A DNA stretch of 64,000 nt from Lepidodermella squamata (lineage: Eukaryota > Animalia > Gastrotricha). The translations under genes and the position numbers were made by a program. Numbering within the stretch: the first letter of the stretch is position 1; each line of letters opens with the position of its first letter. Of this stretch, positions 31,301 through 43,648 are shown piece after piece. The stretch is from positions 3,162,001 to 3,226,000 of the forward strand of contig JBLDXI010000015.1 in assembly GCA_047495785.1 (NCBI GenBank), written 5' to 3'. The notes under the pieces were generated by a model. The model saw only the letters and a program-made list of their open reading frames with translations. It was not told the DNA's origin and did not search any database.

Positions 31301-32923
31301 AATACGATTGGCAGGACGTAATCATCAGAAATTTAAAAGCCAAACTAGGATAATAGGCGAGAAAATTGCATTTTTTGCACGTCCCATGAATGTTTCTATC
31401 CAAAAAAACGGGCAGTAGTCAGCGTGGTTTTTTATTTATTTATTCATTGTTGAAAAGAAGAGGAACGATTCTGCTGATACTTTTCCTACGGCAGTTCTTC
31501 TGATATAAGGGCTCTTCATGTTTGAGGCATCCAAAGATATAATGGATAGTGTAATAATAAAACACGCATTTCATCTTATCAAAGTATAGCATGCTATGCA
31601 AAACATCGCTTCCGAAGACGAGATGCCTATTATTTATGCATTGCAAATACTCCATTACAAATGGAGACATGCAAGCTAGATATGCGAGGCGAAATAGTTG
31701 CATCGTAACTATCACTGGTAAAGAGCAATCGCTGAAGATTAGCGGATTACGACTCGCCCAAATAAGACTTATCAGCCGGTGTTGGTTGTTTTCCTCTTTT
31801 TTCACAAACAAGCTATGCATTGTAAATTAGATCTGGAGTTGCGAATGATATTTTTAAGATTATCCAAAATGGGCCAAGCTTGGCCTAATTCTTTTGACAT
31901 ACAACTGGAATAAAGAATAACAATCCTCAACGAAAATTCAGAATTCAAACTATTAACAGCATGGTTCCCTAAGCTAAGTTAAATTATCCGGAGAAAGCGA
32001 ATTATGAACAACAACCTGGAACAAGCAGTAAAACGCGATCTCTGTTTCGAGTGCAAGTTGCAGTTATTAGTTTCGCCGGAGGGGCGCTTTTTTGATCGCC
32101 GAAGGCACAATACGCACGCAAAAACTGTGCGAGAAATAACGCAGCGGAGGTATTAACTCGCTATTAGTCCGACAGGTATATCGATAAGTGTTCGTTACAA
32201 AATTGTATATATGATACACCGGATAGATACCTATGTAAAAAGCCGGTATAGGTGATGGGCAATAAATAACAAAAATACACTCCCATAGCCTGGAATCAGC
32301 TGACTCTGAAGAGGAAACAAATGCGCATATACCGCACAGACCAGCATTTGCAGAAATATCGCTATTTATGATAATCGACTTCAATAGTATCCGCATCAGA
32401 TTAAAAGCAGATAAACAGATGAAAACAGATTGCACCCGGATTTTTCTTCTCATATAGTATTTCGCTCGGCCGAGTCTGGTAATTTGACCCGGTAAGTAAA
32501 CACTTTTGAAGTCAAAAACTGCCGCTATTCATATTCTGGATATTAAATACCCAACGTATTTCGTTTTAAGCTGCGTAATGAGCTGGAATAAATGTTGCTG
32601 CATGTATTGACGACGACGGTAAACGGGTCTAAGGCAGTGACTCGAAATTTTCCGAGACAATTATTCCGCAAAAATGAGCCAGAAATATTGTATCCGGTTA
32701 AAACACTCCATCTTCATTTGTTCAGTCTTCTCAGCCAGACGTAGCAGAATGTTTACACCTCAGACCAGCACGAATTGAAGAAACCTTCGCATTAGATTGA
32801 ACAGTGGGTGGTTAATGACACTGTCATACGTCATGCTCAAGTAAATAAAAGAAGCTAGGTGCTTATAACAGGCAGCTATTAGCATCCCTTTTACTCAGTT
32901 CGTGAATTACACTAGAGTTTGAA

Positions 32924-33885
32924 ATGATGGCGTGCAAACTCTTGAAGGTTTGGGTTGCAATTTCGGTTGCTGCTTTGTCGATTGAGGCAGCTCCTTTGCT
33001 ATCAGTAGCTCCTGGCAGCGCATGCCCACTACCACCGGCTGTGCCTGGTTCAGGATGCGAAGGCTCTGGCTGCCCTCAGGATTACGCTCCTCGCGTTATG
33101 AAATTCAATTTTGGTGACGAAATTACTTTCGAACGATGCCGCGAAGAATTCAACACGTAAGATAATGTTTTTCACATTTCCTCAGGATGGTAACGTAAAT
33201 ACTATAAAATAGGTATGGAAATCTGACTATACGATGCCTGAGAACCGGAAAATGGTCTGCAAATCCTGTTTGCGTGCCCAAAGCGAACTGTGGAGCTTTG
33301 CCTGTGGTCGCGAATGGAGCATGTTCCCCAGTTGGGGGTGCCGAAGATAGATATCCAATTGGTGCTGACGCAACCTGCATTTGCGACGATGGTTACGCTC
33401 TTAACTCGCCCGCTTCAACGACGATTAGCTGCCTGCGAAATGGAAATTGGAGCCTCATACCCAAGTGCCTACAGATCTCAGGAGGCAAGAAATGCGAAGC
33501 TGAATCTGCACCCAAGTTGCAGTTCGGCGCGTGTGTTAGCTTCTGGGGCGATGGAGCTTCATCATTCGATCAAGGCGAGGGTCTTCTATGTGAATGCCAA
33601 CCTGGCTACCGTATTCAGGGCAATGCGGACGTTCCTTGTCTCTCAGGAGGCAGATGGGGTCCCATGCCGACCTGTGTCGTCCCGAAAAATTGTGGCACTT
33701 TGCCGGAGGTCAGGTTCGGATTCTGCGGAGATGAAGAATCCACACTGACCTACGATGAGAACTCTGTGATTGATTGCAGCTGTAATGAAAACTACTACAA
33801 TGCCAGCCCGTACAATGCAAGTGTGACTTGCTCTAACGGATCGTGGAGCCGTACGACGCCAAACTGCGTGGCTATTCCCCGCTAA
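32924..33885 (+). CDS. Secreted Sushi/CCP-repeat protein 7 (4 modules), one intron
   Basis: Signal peptide; intron about 33157-33212; CCP Cys/Trp pattern. Confidence 0.88.
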
Positions 33886-34207
33886 GATCCTTACAACAAA
33901 TGATGAAAGATGCTTCATGATGAAAGATGAAATAGCACAGCATGTGTACCATATTCCAGCTTAAAATGAAACGAAATAAAGATATGTTGAACCCTGTCGC
34001 CTATCTGTTGTGTTTTGGTCATCTTGAATCCATAATTCTGGTTAACAGCGAAGCCTATTTATTTGATTTGGCTTTTCATTTGATCCACAGATATGAGTGC
34101 TAGAGCTGGAAAAGGTTTTAATCCGAAAAGCGTGGTTAAGTTTAATGTTTCAAGTTGCCTATATCGTCACGCTCAGCCGGGCTCATTTCATTGTAATCAA
34201 CAGAAAG

Positions 34208-35242
34208 ATGGCAGCAGAGTTTAACTCACGAGTGCTTAGCTGTTTCATCTTTATTCTATCCGCAGCGCAAATCTTCGCCGTTCGACCTTGCCGTTTGCCA
34301 ACTTACCGGTTTGCTACCTGCACAAACTGTGACAATCAAGCGTCAATCCAAGTGAGAAAATTTGTCCCCCGTTTTACATCTGTCACTTTTACATGCAATA
34401 CGGGAAGTGGCTCCTTCCGCCTCATATGTTTACAAAACGGAACGTGGGATGGAAGATCAAGCTGTGCAACTACAGGTGATGATGAGCAGACAGATGAGCA
34501 GACAGATGAGCAGACATTAGCTGTACCCGTGCCTACAGACTCCTGGGTTGGTAGCTTACTGACAGAGTGTAATGACAGTCCCTTAATACCGAATGGCTCG
34601 TGCGAAATAACTGATAATGTAAGGATTGCCCGATGCCAATGCGCAAACGGATATCAAATGTCATCAGATGAAGCAGAAGCTCAGTGCCAGCACGATGGAA
34701 CTTGGAGAATTGATTTCAGCTGTTCACGTCCGGTTTTAACTACAACCTCAGTTAGGCAATCAACAACGCCTCAATTTTCTGGATGTTTGACGTTACCTAT
34801 CGTAGAGGGCGCTGACTGCGTGGGAAAATGCGATGCCCCATTCTCGGTAAATGATACGATCAAGTTCATGTGCCGACGAAACTGGACCCTTGAGGAAGGA
34901 AGCAGTTCGTACTCCACTTGCAAAGCTTCCGGTCGATGGACTACGCTCCCAAAATGCATTTACACCCCTGGACGGGACTGCATGGCGATACCAACAATTG
35001 ACAACGGCGAATGTATCAATTGCACAAATGCAGCAGGCAATCAAGCGATTTCATATTATTCAGCGGGGCAGATGATAGCATTTCGATGCAAGAATGGATT
35101 CACTATTAGCGGCGGGAACAATTTGAGCGTGTGCAAAGCAAGTGGCAGGTGGAGTCCGATACCTACCTGCATTCAGGACGATCTCTCTAATAATTCAACA
35201 AAAGCGCCCATTAAAAATCTTCCTTCGGGTTCACTATCTTGA
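34208..35242 (+). CDS. Secreted Sushi/CCP-repeat protein 8 (4 modules), intronless
   Basis: ATG at 34208, signal peptide, CCP modules. Confidence 0.88.
   Translation: MAAEFNSRVLSCFIFILSAAQIFAVRPCRLPTYRFATCTNCDNQASIQVRKFVPRFTSVTFTCNTGSGSFRLICLQNGTWDGRSSCATTGDDEQTDEQTDEQTLAVPVPTDSWVGSLLTECNDSPLIPNGSCEITDNVRIARCQCANGYQMSSDEAEAQCQHDGTWRIDFSCSRPVLTTTSVRQSTTPQFSGCLTLPIVEGADCVGKCDAPFSVNDTIKFMCRRNWTLEEGSSSYSTCKASGRWTTLPKCIYTPGRDCMAIPTIDNGECINCTNAAGNQAISYYSAGQMIAFRCKNGFTISGGNNLSVCKASGRWSPIPTCIQDDLSNNSTKAPIKNLPSGSLS
34481..34516 (+). repeat. Coding 12-nt tandem repeat x3 (DEQT)
   Basis: gatgagcagaca repeated three times. Confidence 0.9.
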
Positions 35243-35287
35243 ATAAGGATTTATTAAATTCATTAAACTGTTAATATGAAAACTTGG

Positions 35288-36943
35288 TCATATTTTCACA
35301 CAGGATGGTAATTTTGTCCATACTCCTTCATCGGAACAAGCAACTGTAGAATCGCCATTTAATGAATAATTGGGGTTACACTGACATTCGAGGATAAATC
35401 CTGGCAAGAAGTCGTCTTTGCCTCTGTCTTCATCCGAAGTAACATCACAATACCCATTTGTTATATCTGGTATTGAGTGACAATATAAGCTAGCTTTACA
35501 CATTGGTAAGGCGCTCCATTTTCCTTTCGGAGTGCATTCGATTTTGTCTGAAGAAGATGAATATGTGAAACCAACATCGCAATCACACACCACACTCTCC
35601 GAAACTTTAAACTGAGACGCTCCATCATTCGAGCTACTCTGACAGGCGCCATTCGGCAATTCCGGCAGCTCGCACATAGTTATGTTGGCAGGTGTCGGCG
35701 TTTCTTTTGGGAGACATTTCGGAGGAGGGCTCCAAGTAAGATTGGGCAGGCAAGTTATACTTGCTTCAGCTGGTGAAAGATCAAAGCCATCATCGCATGC
35801 GCAATTTATAATGGTTCCTGTTTGATAAGACCCTGGCTCCAGGTCGGGGTCCGGAGAAAAAAGCTGAATGTTCTGCTGGCATGATCCATTCGGAACCTTT
35901 GGCTCCGCTTTACACCCTGGCTTAAGAATTCTTGCACTGCAAGTAGGATAGATGGACCACGATCCGTTACCCAAGCATGTGACGGCCGGATTTCCGACCA
36001 TGTTGAACCCAGGTCGACATTGATAGATAATTGATTCTCCTGGGGCGAAATCCCTGCTGATCGTTGAAGGATGCTGGCAAAGCTCACAACCCGTATTTGT
36101 AATGTATCTAGGACGAGTGCATTTGACCGTACTGGTAGCGGTCGTCGTCGTCGATAAAGTTGGGGTTCTTGTTGATGCCGATGTTTTCGTCGACAATGTT
36201 GTCAGCAATGTCGTAGTTAGTAACTTTGTGGTCGGAGAGGCAGGGTTGCTTCTCGTTGCAGTAGTAATGGTAGAAGTAAACGTAGCTGTAGATGTCGTAG
36301 TGATAGCAGTAGCGGCAGTAGTAGTTGTTGTAGCAGCAGTCCTCGTCGTTGTTGAAGTTTTAATTGAACCACTTGTAACAGGTGTTTGAGGGGGCAGTCG
36401 ACTGGCAAGACCCCGAACGCAGGTTGCGTTTCCCGTCCAAGTTCCGTTACTAGAACATCTTATTTTACTTATACCGCCCCTGAAAATGAAACCATCAGCG
36501 CAAACGCATTGTATCTCTTGTCCCGGACTGTAATTTGTTTTGTCACTGAAGTCATCGCAGAGTCCATTTGTGATCTCAACGGGGGCTAAACAGGTTTTTC
36601 CGTTCGGGTAGCTTGTTGATTTCGGTAACCTTGTAGTGCTTGACCTGCCTGATGTTCGACGACACTCTGGTGATTTTTCCCATCTTCCGTCAGGTAAACA
36701 TCGTATTTCCGGTTCGCCAACTAATACGTATCCTGTAGTGCATTCGTACCACACTGACTGGCCGGCGGAATAGGTGGATACAGCACGATTGGTAAAATCG
36801 ACTGGAACCCGTAATGTCCTGCTTATACCTTGGATTGCATAGCAGACGCTATTCGGCACTTCCGGTGGCATAAAGCAAAAAATGATACCGTGTACATTGC
36901 CCACTGTAAGCATGAGCACGTAAAAGGCAAGCCAAGCATGCAT
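35288..36943 (-). CDS. Secreted Sushi/CCP-repeat protein 9 with mucin-like Thr-rich spacer, intronless
   Basis: Signal MHAWLAFYVL; 6 CCP modules; long T/A/S tract. Confidence 0.9.
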   Translation of the reverse strand: MHAWLAFYVLMLTVGNVHGIIFCFMPPEVPNSVCYAIQGISRTLRVPVDFTNRAVSTYSAGQSVWYECTTGYVLVGEPEIRCLPDGRWEKSPECRRTSGRSSTTRLPKSTSYPNGKTCLAPVEITNGLCDDFSDKTNYSPGQEIQCVCADGFIFRGGISKIRCSSNGTWTGNATCVRGLASRLPPQTPVTSGSIKTSTTTRTAATTTTTAATAITTTSTATFTSTITTATRSNPASPTTKLLTTTLLTTLSTKTSASTRTPTLSTTTTATSTVKCTRPRYITNTGCELCQHPSTISRDFAPGESIIYQCRPGFNMVGNPAVTCLGNGSWSIYPTCSARILKPGCKAEPKVPNGSCQQNIQLFSPDPDLEPGSYQTGTIINCACDDGFDLSPAEASITCLPNLTWSPPPKCLPKETPTPANITMCELPELPNGACQSSSNDGASQFKVSESVVCDCDVGFTYSSSSDKIECTPKGKWSALPMCKASLYCHSIPDITNGYCDVTSDEDRGKDDFLPGFILECQCNPNYSLNGDSTVACSDEGVWTKLPSCVKI

Positions 36944-37516
36944 CACGAAGAATCTTTTATAGTGAGAGATATAATCTGATGCTCTAGTCAACAGTCAACA
37001 GCCACGTGTAATGAACAGCTGAACTGCAAAGACTTCAAAAATCCAAGTCAGCATGATAATATGTATGAAAGCGGACGTGAGACGTTATCCAGAACTTACA
37101 TTGGTTAATCGCCGTCCACCTTAAATGAAATTATTGTTAAGCCAGTGTCATAGCCATGTCAATATCTGTTTTTATCATAATCAAGTTTCTTGATCATGAA
37201 TCAAGAGGTTTTCTGTAATATTTCGGAACTCTAATATATTTCAAAACCCTTTAACCTCACAATGGCAACAACGCCAGTGACGTGCCTCAAAGACATTGAC
37301 AATACAACCAATGGATATTAACATTTATGCGGCATGTATGTGTATGATATCAATTAATAGCCAATTGCTATAAATGGTTATCTGTCAAAGGTGTGAAAAC
37401 CTCTGCCGTGATCTGCCATGTCTACGCCTAATTGCCCCACACGCATCTTAACAGTGGATAAAGGGCTGCGGTACTCGGTCAATTCTCACACCTTTTAAAG
37501 CACTAGATGAAATAAA

Positions 37517-38284
37517 ATGAAGAAAAATTATTATCAAGCCATAACATCACCGTACATTGTATCAGCTCTCATCTTACTAAGCTTCATTGGCAAGCCTTTC
37601 GTAAACTCAATATGCTTCCAAGCCCCTGGTATCGAAAATGGATTGTGTATGGCTAGATCGGCATCTATTTCGAGTCGGCGTGAGAATGAAATGCGGTGGA
37701 TGCAAACTGGCGGAAAAGCCGACTGCTTCTGCAAGCCACCATACAACCTCGTCGGCGAAGAAACGGTGACTTGTGAGGAAGATGGATCGTGGTCTGATGT
37801 ACCCTATTGCGAACTACCCCCTCTATGTTTCGTACTGCCTCAAATCACCAACGGGACATGTGTGGTCTTACACCCTGAAAAGCGTCTTGGAAATCAGTTC
37901 TACCTGAACATTGGCGATCAAGTTCTGTGTCGATGTCGACGTGGCCATGCAATATTCACGGAAAATCGTCAATGGTTCACTGACGCGCAGTTAGCGACTT
38001 GCATCTGGCGAAACAGATACGACTCTGATTACCTAACCTTCGACAATAGACTGCGTTGCAGGAAAATTTGCCGACCGTTACCAGATTATCTCGACGCAAC
38101 GTGTATCAATTGCAGCGAAAGATTGCCAACCGAAGATACAACCGTGTACGTCTACACCCCTGGTGACAAGGCGTTCGTTTGGTGTAATCAGTCTGACTAT
38201 CAACTGTCTGGCCCGTCTGTTTTAAAATGCTTGGACTCCGGTGAATGGCAGGGTCAAATGCCAACCTGTGAAGCGTTAACATAA
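37517..38284 (+). CDS. Secreted Sushi/CCP-repeat protein 10 (3 modules)
   Basis: N-terminal hydrophobic signal; CCP pattern, e.g. CKPPYNLVGEETVTCEEDGSWSDVPYC. Confidence 0.85.
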   Translation: MKKNYYQAITSPYIVSALILLSFIGKPFVNSICFQAPGIENGLCMARSASISSRRENEMRWMQTGGKADCFCKPPYNLVGEETVTCEEDGSWSDVPYCELPPLCFVLPQITNGTCVVLHPEKRLGNQFYLNIGDQVLCRCRRGHAIFTENRQWFTDAQLATCIWRNRYDSDYLTFDNRLRCRKICRPLPDYLDATCINCSERLPTEDTTVYVYTPGDKAFVWCNQSDYQLSGPSVLKCLDSGEWQGQMPTCEALT

Positions 38285-38339
38285 TGAGTTGTTTTATTAC
38301 ATTTAAACGTGTATTGCATCGCGGTGAATAAATGAGTTA

Positions 38340-39397
38340 CTATGATCTTTTGAAGCAAATAACATCGCCATTGTGAAGACCAGCGTAAATAGCCGGCTCC
38401 TCGCCGTTGTCCCCTGTTGCCGCGACGGCAACACAGCGAGGCGTTGAGTCAAGTTTGTCAGATAGCCACTCGCCGCTCGAACTAGCCAAATCATCCGGAT
38501 AGGCCGGGCTGAAAATTTGAATCTTGGAACTGCCGCAGTCTGCTATGATTAGATTGCCAGCCGAGTCGAAAACCATGCCAAGGGGGTTGACTACATATTT
38601 CGCAGGGTCACTGTGACGCTTTTTCATCTTCCCCGCAATGATTGAGACAAATCTGAAGCAATTTCGTGTCGAGTCATCTCGGCAGCTGTCAAAAAGCAAT
38701 ATTCGCTGTGTTGGAGTCGAAGAAACGGCAAGAGATTGATGCTTAGCGCTGAACGCGCAGCACTGTAGGAAGGGATATGGCCAACTATCACTGACGCCGT
38801 AGTCCAACAGCTGAACACCGTCGGCTAGACACCAAGCTCCAACGTTGGATTTTCCACGTCGATCGCAGCAATACAACAGCCCACGTTCGGAGTCGACGGC
38901 CATTCCCCAGAACTCCCTGTTGTAATTCCGACCTCGAACGAAAGTATCCAGCACAGAGTGGAGTGACTGACATGCCGTGTTTATGTTAGTTGTGAAAATC
39001 CCGTCTTTCGAAGCGAGGCTGAAGTAGATGTTACCAGTTTTCCGGTCGAACTCTGCGTACTCCAACGACTTATTCTTCCCGACGGAGTCGACAAATAAGT
39101 GTGGAAGATAGACCCGACATGATGGCTGGGTGTAAGTGACTAACCGCAGCTCTTCGTCAACAATCTTGATGTAAGATATATTGATTTTTATGGATGAAAG
39201 CTGATTTTATAACTCACCTGAATATCTCCGTTCATTTTGACTATGACTAGGTGGTTGTCGTAAGGGAAGATGCCGATGACAACTGCTGACGAAAGCTTGA
39301 GGACTTTGGATGGTTTAATCGACCATTTTTTGTCGGAATTCCGCGGATTCACGTCGACAATAGGTTCCCAAGTTTTAGTTCCAGCCTTTTTCGCCAT
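38340..39397 (-). CDS. NHL-repeat / beta-propeller protein, two exons
   Basis: NPLGMVFDSAGNLIIADCGSSKIQIF and WGMAVDSERGLLYCCD blades; intron about 39170-39218. Confidence 0.75.
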
Positions 39398-41134
39398 GAA
39401 AAATCAAAGTCGAAAATTTTCTAGGTAAAAAATACAGCTATTTTAACCCCTTTTTATACACAGGGGCTAAAAGGGTGTTTATCATTTATTTCTGAAGTGT
39501 GAAAACACTCTAGTCTCGGGGGGCATATTCAGGTGGAAATTAACGCCGGTATTGTTTCGGGCGCCGTGTTCACGTGTCTTCTATTCGCATGAGGCGCAAA
39601 AGTGTTCGTTTGACGTGTTCGCTAAACGGACGCTATTACTACATCAGTGGGGCCAGTAATTGACACTTGAACGTTCTGCGTAACGGAAATATCGCCGTGT
39701 CCCATTGTTTTGTGGCGCAAAAAACTGTTTGCATGCACCGAACGTGTTGCGCTGCAAACGGCAATTTTCTCGCACTTCATGTATTATAGCTACCGTTCGG
39801 CTTCTATGTGGACCCCGGGCAGGTGTTATCTATCTAGCTGCTGACCTGATGACTCCCAAATGCGAGCAAATAATGATCTTAAATAAACAATGACGCGTGT
39901 TATTACGGTCACGCTTCGTTTTACGCGAATCGCGCGAATATAATGCGATAGAAGTGGCGAGGGGCGGCCGACTTCGCGCCGTGATCTGGAAACAAAAGGA
40001 AATGCATCAGGTGCGCCTAGTATCGTATTAAAAACGGCATTAATCATCCGAATAAAAAAAATTGAAGTGGTTTTATCGGGTAATATACTACAATAAAATC
40101 ATTTACCCATTAATGACTGGACAGGATTTTTCTAGGTGCACCTGATATTACAGCCAAGGAGTTATCTTTTGCTCGCCGCTACGCATTTTGCGAAAATAAA
40201 CAGCAGTTATTGCCGGTATAGCCTGTATATGCGCCGAAATTATGTACTGTCTGACAGAATCACCCCATCAATCATCGGAGGATATAGCTGTTATCGGCGC
40301 TTATTATTGTTAACTGTGTTGTCTGTTTTTCCACCGACAGCAATATTATTGTTAAATAATTAATAGCCGCATAATTTACACTTAACAAAACAATGCTTTC
40401 ACGATAATATAACTCGCTGCCAAAAAAATCGTAAAAAAAATACAAAAAACATATCAAACGGCTGCATGCATAAAATTTGTCTGATGAGTCAGATAGAAAG
40501 TATAAAATCGGCCTTAATCCGAACAGACGGATGATGGCATGTATAGAAGCAACCCCATGAGGAAACGTTTTTGTTACACTTTTCTGCGCAAGTTGTGTAT
40601 AAATATTGTTGTCTGCAAATCCCACGCGCGATTCCCAAAAGGCGCCAGAAAAACCACTGAAGAAGTAGAACAAGTAAACAGTGGCGGGCGTATTTTTTAG
40701 CCCGACGGAGACAGACAAAATTTGCATGTATAATGTTTTATCAGAAAATAAATTTCGAAATACGTGGGCGTGAATTACCGCAATGGCCAAACTTGGGTTA
40801 TATTGCCTATAAATGCGTTAAAAACTTGGCCGTTGGTAGTTGCTATCGCACCTGTAAATTTGGCATACAAATTTAATGCATGACTTGACTTGAATAAGCC
40901 ACTAAAATTGGGTTCACGACGAATTTTTCTGCGGCTACTGGTCGCCAAAAGGCCTTGTTTTCACCGTGCAACAGTGCAATCTTTTGATTTTTTAATTAAT
41001 TTTTCGGATGAATTGAGCGAGAAGCACTCTTGAAGAACTTATGGAAGCAACGATTGACAAGAAATGGCGAACTTTCTAGTTTATTTTATCTCGGACAATG
41101 TCATACAAAACGACACGTATTTCGTTGATTTAAA

Positions 41135-41569
41135 TCACCTGGAAAAGAAGAATTCAATGACTGAAGAATAAGTCAGTGCCATCAAATTATCGAGCCAAAA
41201 CGAAGAAGTTGGCGCTGAATTGAGTTGAGGCGGCCGCAGTGTATTACAGCGGTCCCAGTCACAACACAGGCACGTGCAGTTGCTCTCGCGACTTTCGCAC
41301 ATTTGCAGCAGCCAGTGTGAGCAGTCGTTGTAGCACTGTGCTAGGGTTTTCCTCGGGTCACTGATGCATGTCTGGTATTTGTAATTGCCGTACTGAAGGT
41401 CGATTTTTAGCTTACACACGCTGCATTCCGCTAGCTGCAAATCGCCGTAGAAACCGCTTTCGTCAACATAACACTGAATTGTACGAGCGACAAGGGCTGT
41501 TTGTGCCCGGGTGTAAAAAGGAGCCAGAGAGCCGATAATGTAGTAAAATAGGATCTCAAGTTTAACCAT
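41135..41569 (-). CDS. Ly6/uPAR (three-finger / quiver-like) protein, probably GPI-anchored
   Basis: Signal peptide, IQCY start, CCDWDRCN end motif, hydrophobic C-terminal tail. Confidence 0.75.
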   Translation of the reverse strand: MVKLEILFYYIIGSLAPFYTRAQTALVARTIQCYVDESGFYGDLQLAECSVCKLKIDLQYGNYKYQTCISDPRKTLAQCYNDCSHWLLQMCESRESNCTCLCCDWDRCNTLRPPQLNSAPTSSFWLDNLMALTYSSVIEFFFSR

Positions 41570-42168
41570 CGATCTAAAAAAAATCGGAAAATTTACGAAG
41601 CCGCAAAAACCATTATTAACTGAGGCGAAAAATACGGACTAATTCTCTCGAAAGAAGCCTTTAAAAATCGTGAATTTTCTCGAAGTCACAAATTTAGTTT
41701 AAATTACTACGCTACATATATAGGATCAGCGTGCTCTAGATAACTCGCAAAACTATTGACGAAGAATAATTCAGATGAAGTAAATAACACAGCAAATACG
41801 CCTCGGCTGTTTACCTTATTTGTCATTAAGAGGCGTCGACGTTTGCCGTCTCAGTTCTGAGTGGAATGGCTTCGGAATATATTATTATCATTAAATATAC
41901 TTTTATTCGCTACAATACGCAAACTCTTTTTTCACATTTAAAAAAATGGATTTCAAGTCACAGCTCGTTGCCAGAAATTTCAACTTCCTGCAATTTGCGG
42001 CTATTGAACTGTCAAGGGTTCACCGTTCGTTTTGATAGCAAATATTTGCAAGGAGATGACCTATATATTCTGTAATTTCAAACGCACCTGGTGATGTACG
42101 TTTTATTAATTTCATAAAATTGAGCGCGCATTTTTTCATTTTTTATCGGTCAAAAAACATAATATTAA

Positions 42169-42592
42169 TTACACGTTTGAGATTGTGGGTAACGTCGGCG
42201 TGATGACGATTCTGCGATCTATTTTCGGATTGTACGCGTCGTAAATGCTGTTAATGGCTTTCGCTCGAGTTGGGACGTTGAAAGCGCCCAGTAATAGAAC
42301 TGCCGCCATAGCACCGAGTATGCCTCCGATGAAGAACCCCGACATTACAACACTAGGAGCTAGGCCGAAGAAATAGACGGCGATTGCTACTGCAAGAGCG
42401 GAACCCGTTACAACGAAGCAGTTCATTAGTATCAGCCAACAGCAATGGCGCCATAAAGGGGCTTCCAACCTCTGAAAATAAATTGCGATAATTGCGATTT
42501 TACGAATTTTCACGTCGAACCTTTCTCGATGGCCGGCCCATCGACTGGTACGGATGTCGTAAAGCGTTTTGAAAAGACTCTTCCAGCATCAT
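42169..42592 (-). CDS. Small two-TM protein, two exons
   Basis: Exon 1 MMLEESF...SRK splices in phase 0 to RLEAPLW; hairpin GLAPSVVMSGFFIGGILG. Confidence 0.65.
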
Positions 42593-42946
42593 GAAAGCCG
42601 CTACATAAAGGCCCGCTGCAGGAATCAGTGATCTAGAACGCGATATTCCTAGTCTATATAGCGTATATAAGTAACGCTAATACGCGTGTAAACCCGTTTA
42701 TTTTGTACTCATGCATTATAGGAAATATTTTTGGTGGTTGTCGATGAAAGATGAGAAAATTCGCCCGCTGCCTACATAATTATGTTGTTACCAGTTGGCG
42801 TGTGTTTCTTTCCGACCGGCGAGAATGAATGCTGTTATTCAAGGCGAAAAATCAATCATTTTTCAGCGCTGGCTATAAGCACTGTGATTTCAGGTTTGCA
42901 TATTGTGTTTATTTTATTGTTGTAAAAAATAACAGCACACGGGTAA

Positions 42947-43371
42947 TTATACGAAGAAGTATTGCTCTTTAGTTGCTTCGAACATTTTGCCATTTGAGAC
43001 GCTGGCAACAATCTGGTAATTACCGTGGCGGCACGGCGGAGGGCTGGGCAGGTTCAATCGCTTGTGCTTGGGTTGACGAATCCGCCTTTCGCGCTTTGTA
43101 ACAATATAGGCCACGATTATAAGCGCAATCAAACTTCCAATCGTTCCTCCAACGAAGAATCCTTGTTTTATTGAACAAAATTATCTCAGAAAATCATTCA
43201 GAGGGAATAATTACCGTAAGCTATAGTTGTTGGATTGAGGCCAAGTTGTGAGTGTGAGCCGCCGAAGATTCCTATACAAGCACCAAAGGCCACCCAAAAT
43301 GTGACGAAGGCGAAATAGCCACATCTAAGGACGCATATGTGGTTGCGGTCGTCACCCTCCTCTTGCCGCAT
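42947..43371 (-). CDS. Small two-TM protein, two exons, paralogue of the 42169-42592 gene
   Basis: MRQEEGDD...FVTFWVAFGACIGIF...GLNPTTIAY, intron, GFFVGGTIGSLIALIIVAYIVTKR. Confidence 0.7.
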
Positions 43372-43648
43372 CGTTTATAGCGATGATGATTCGTAAAAGG
43401 CTGAAATTGAGCTAAGCATTTTCTCACTGAGATATTATGACGCAATCCTAATTCGAGACGTTTTTTTGGCACGGAGGCGGTGATGAGGTTTTATCTTTGA
43501 GCCCTGGTAAATTAAAGAAAGCCCCCGTGTATCCATCCTCCGGGCTAAAATTGGCATTGCGCGGGATAATTTTCGATAAAAACGGATCTGGATAATTTAA
43601 TTGCTATCGATTATTTTTATTGTATAATTTTTTTAAAAGTGAGACTTT

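Noticed and set aside
12069-37746. Many antisense and alternate-frame ORFs over the Sushi genes (e.g. poly-Val ORFs 13924-14277 and 36102-36389)
   Set aside because: Shadows of Thr/Cys-rich coding sequence; no independent signals
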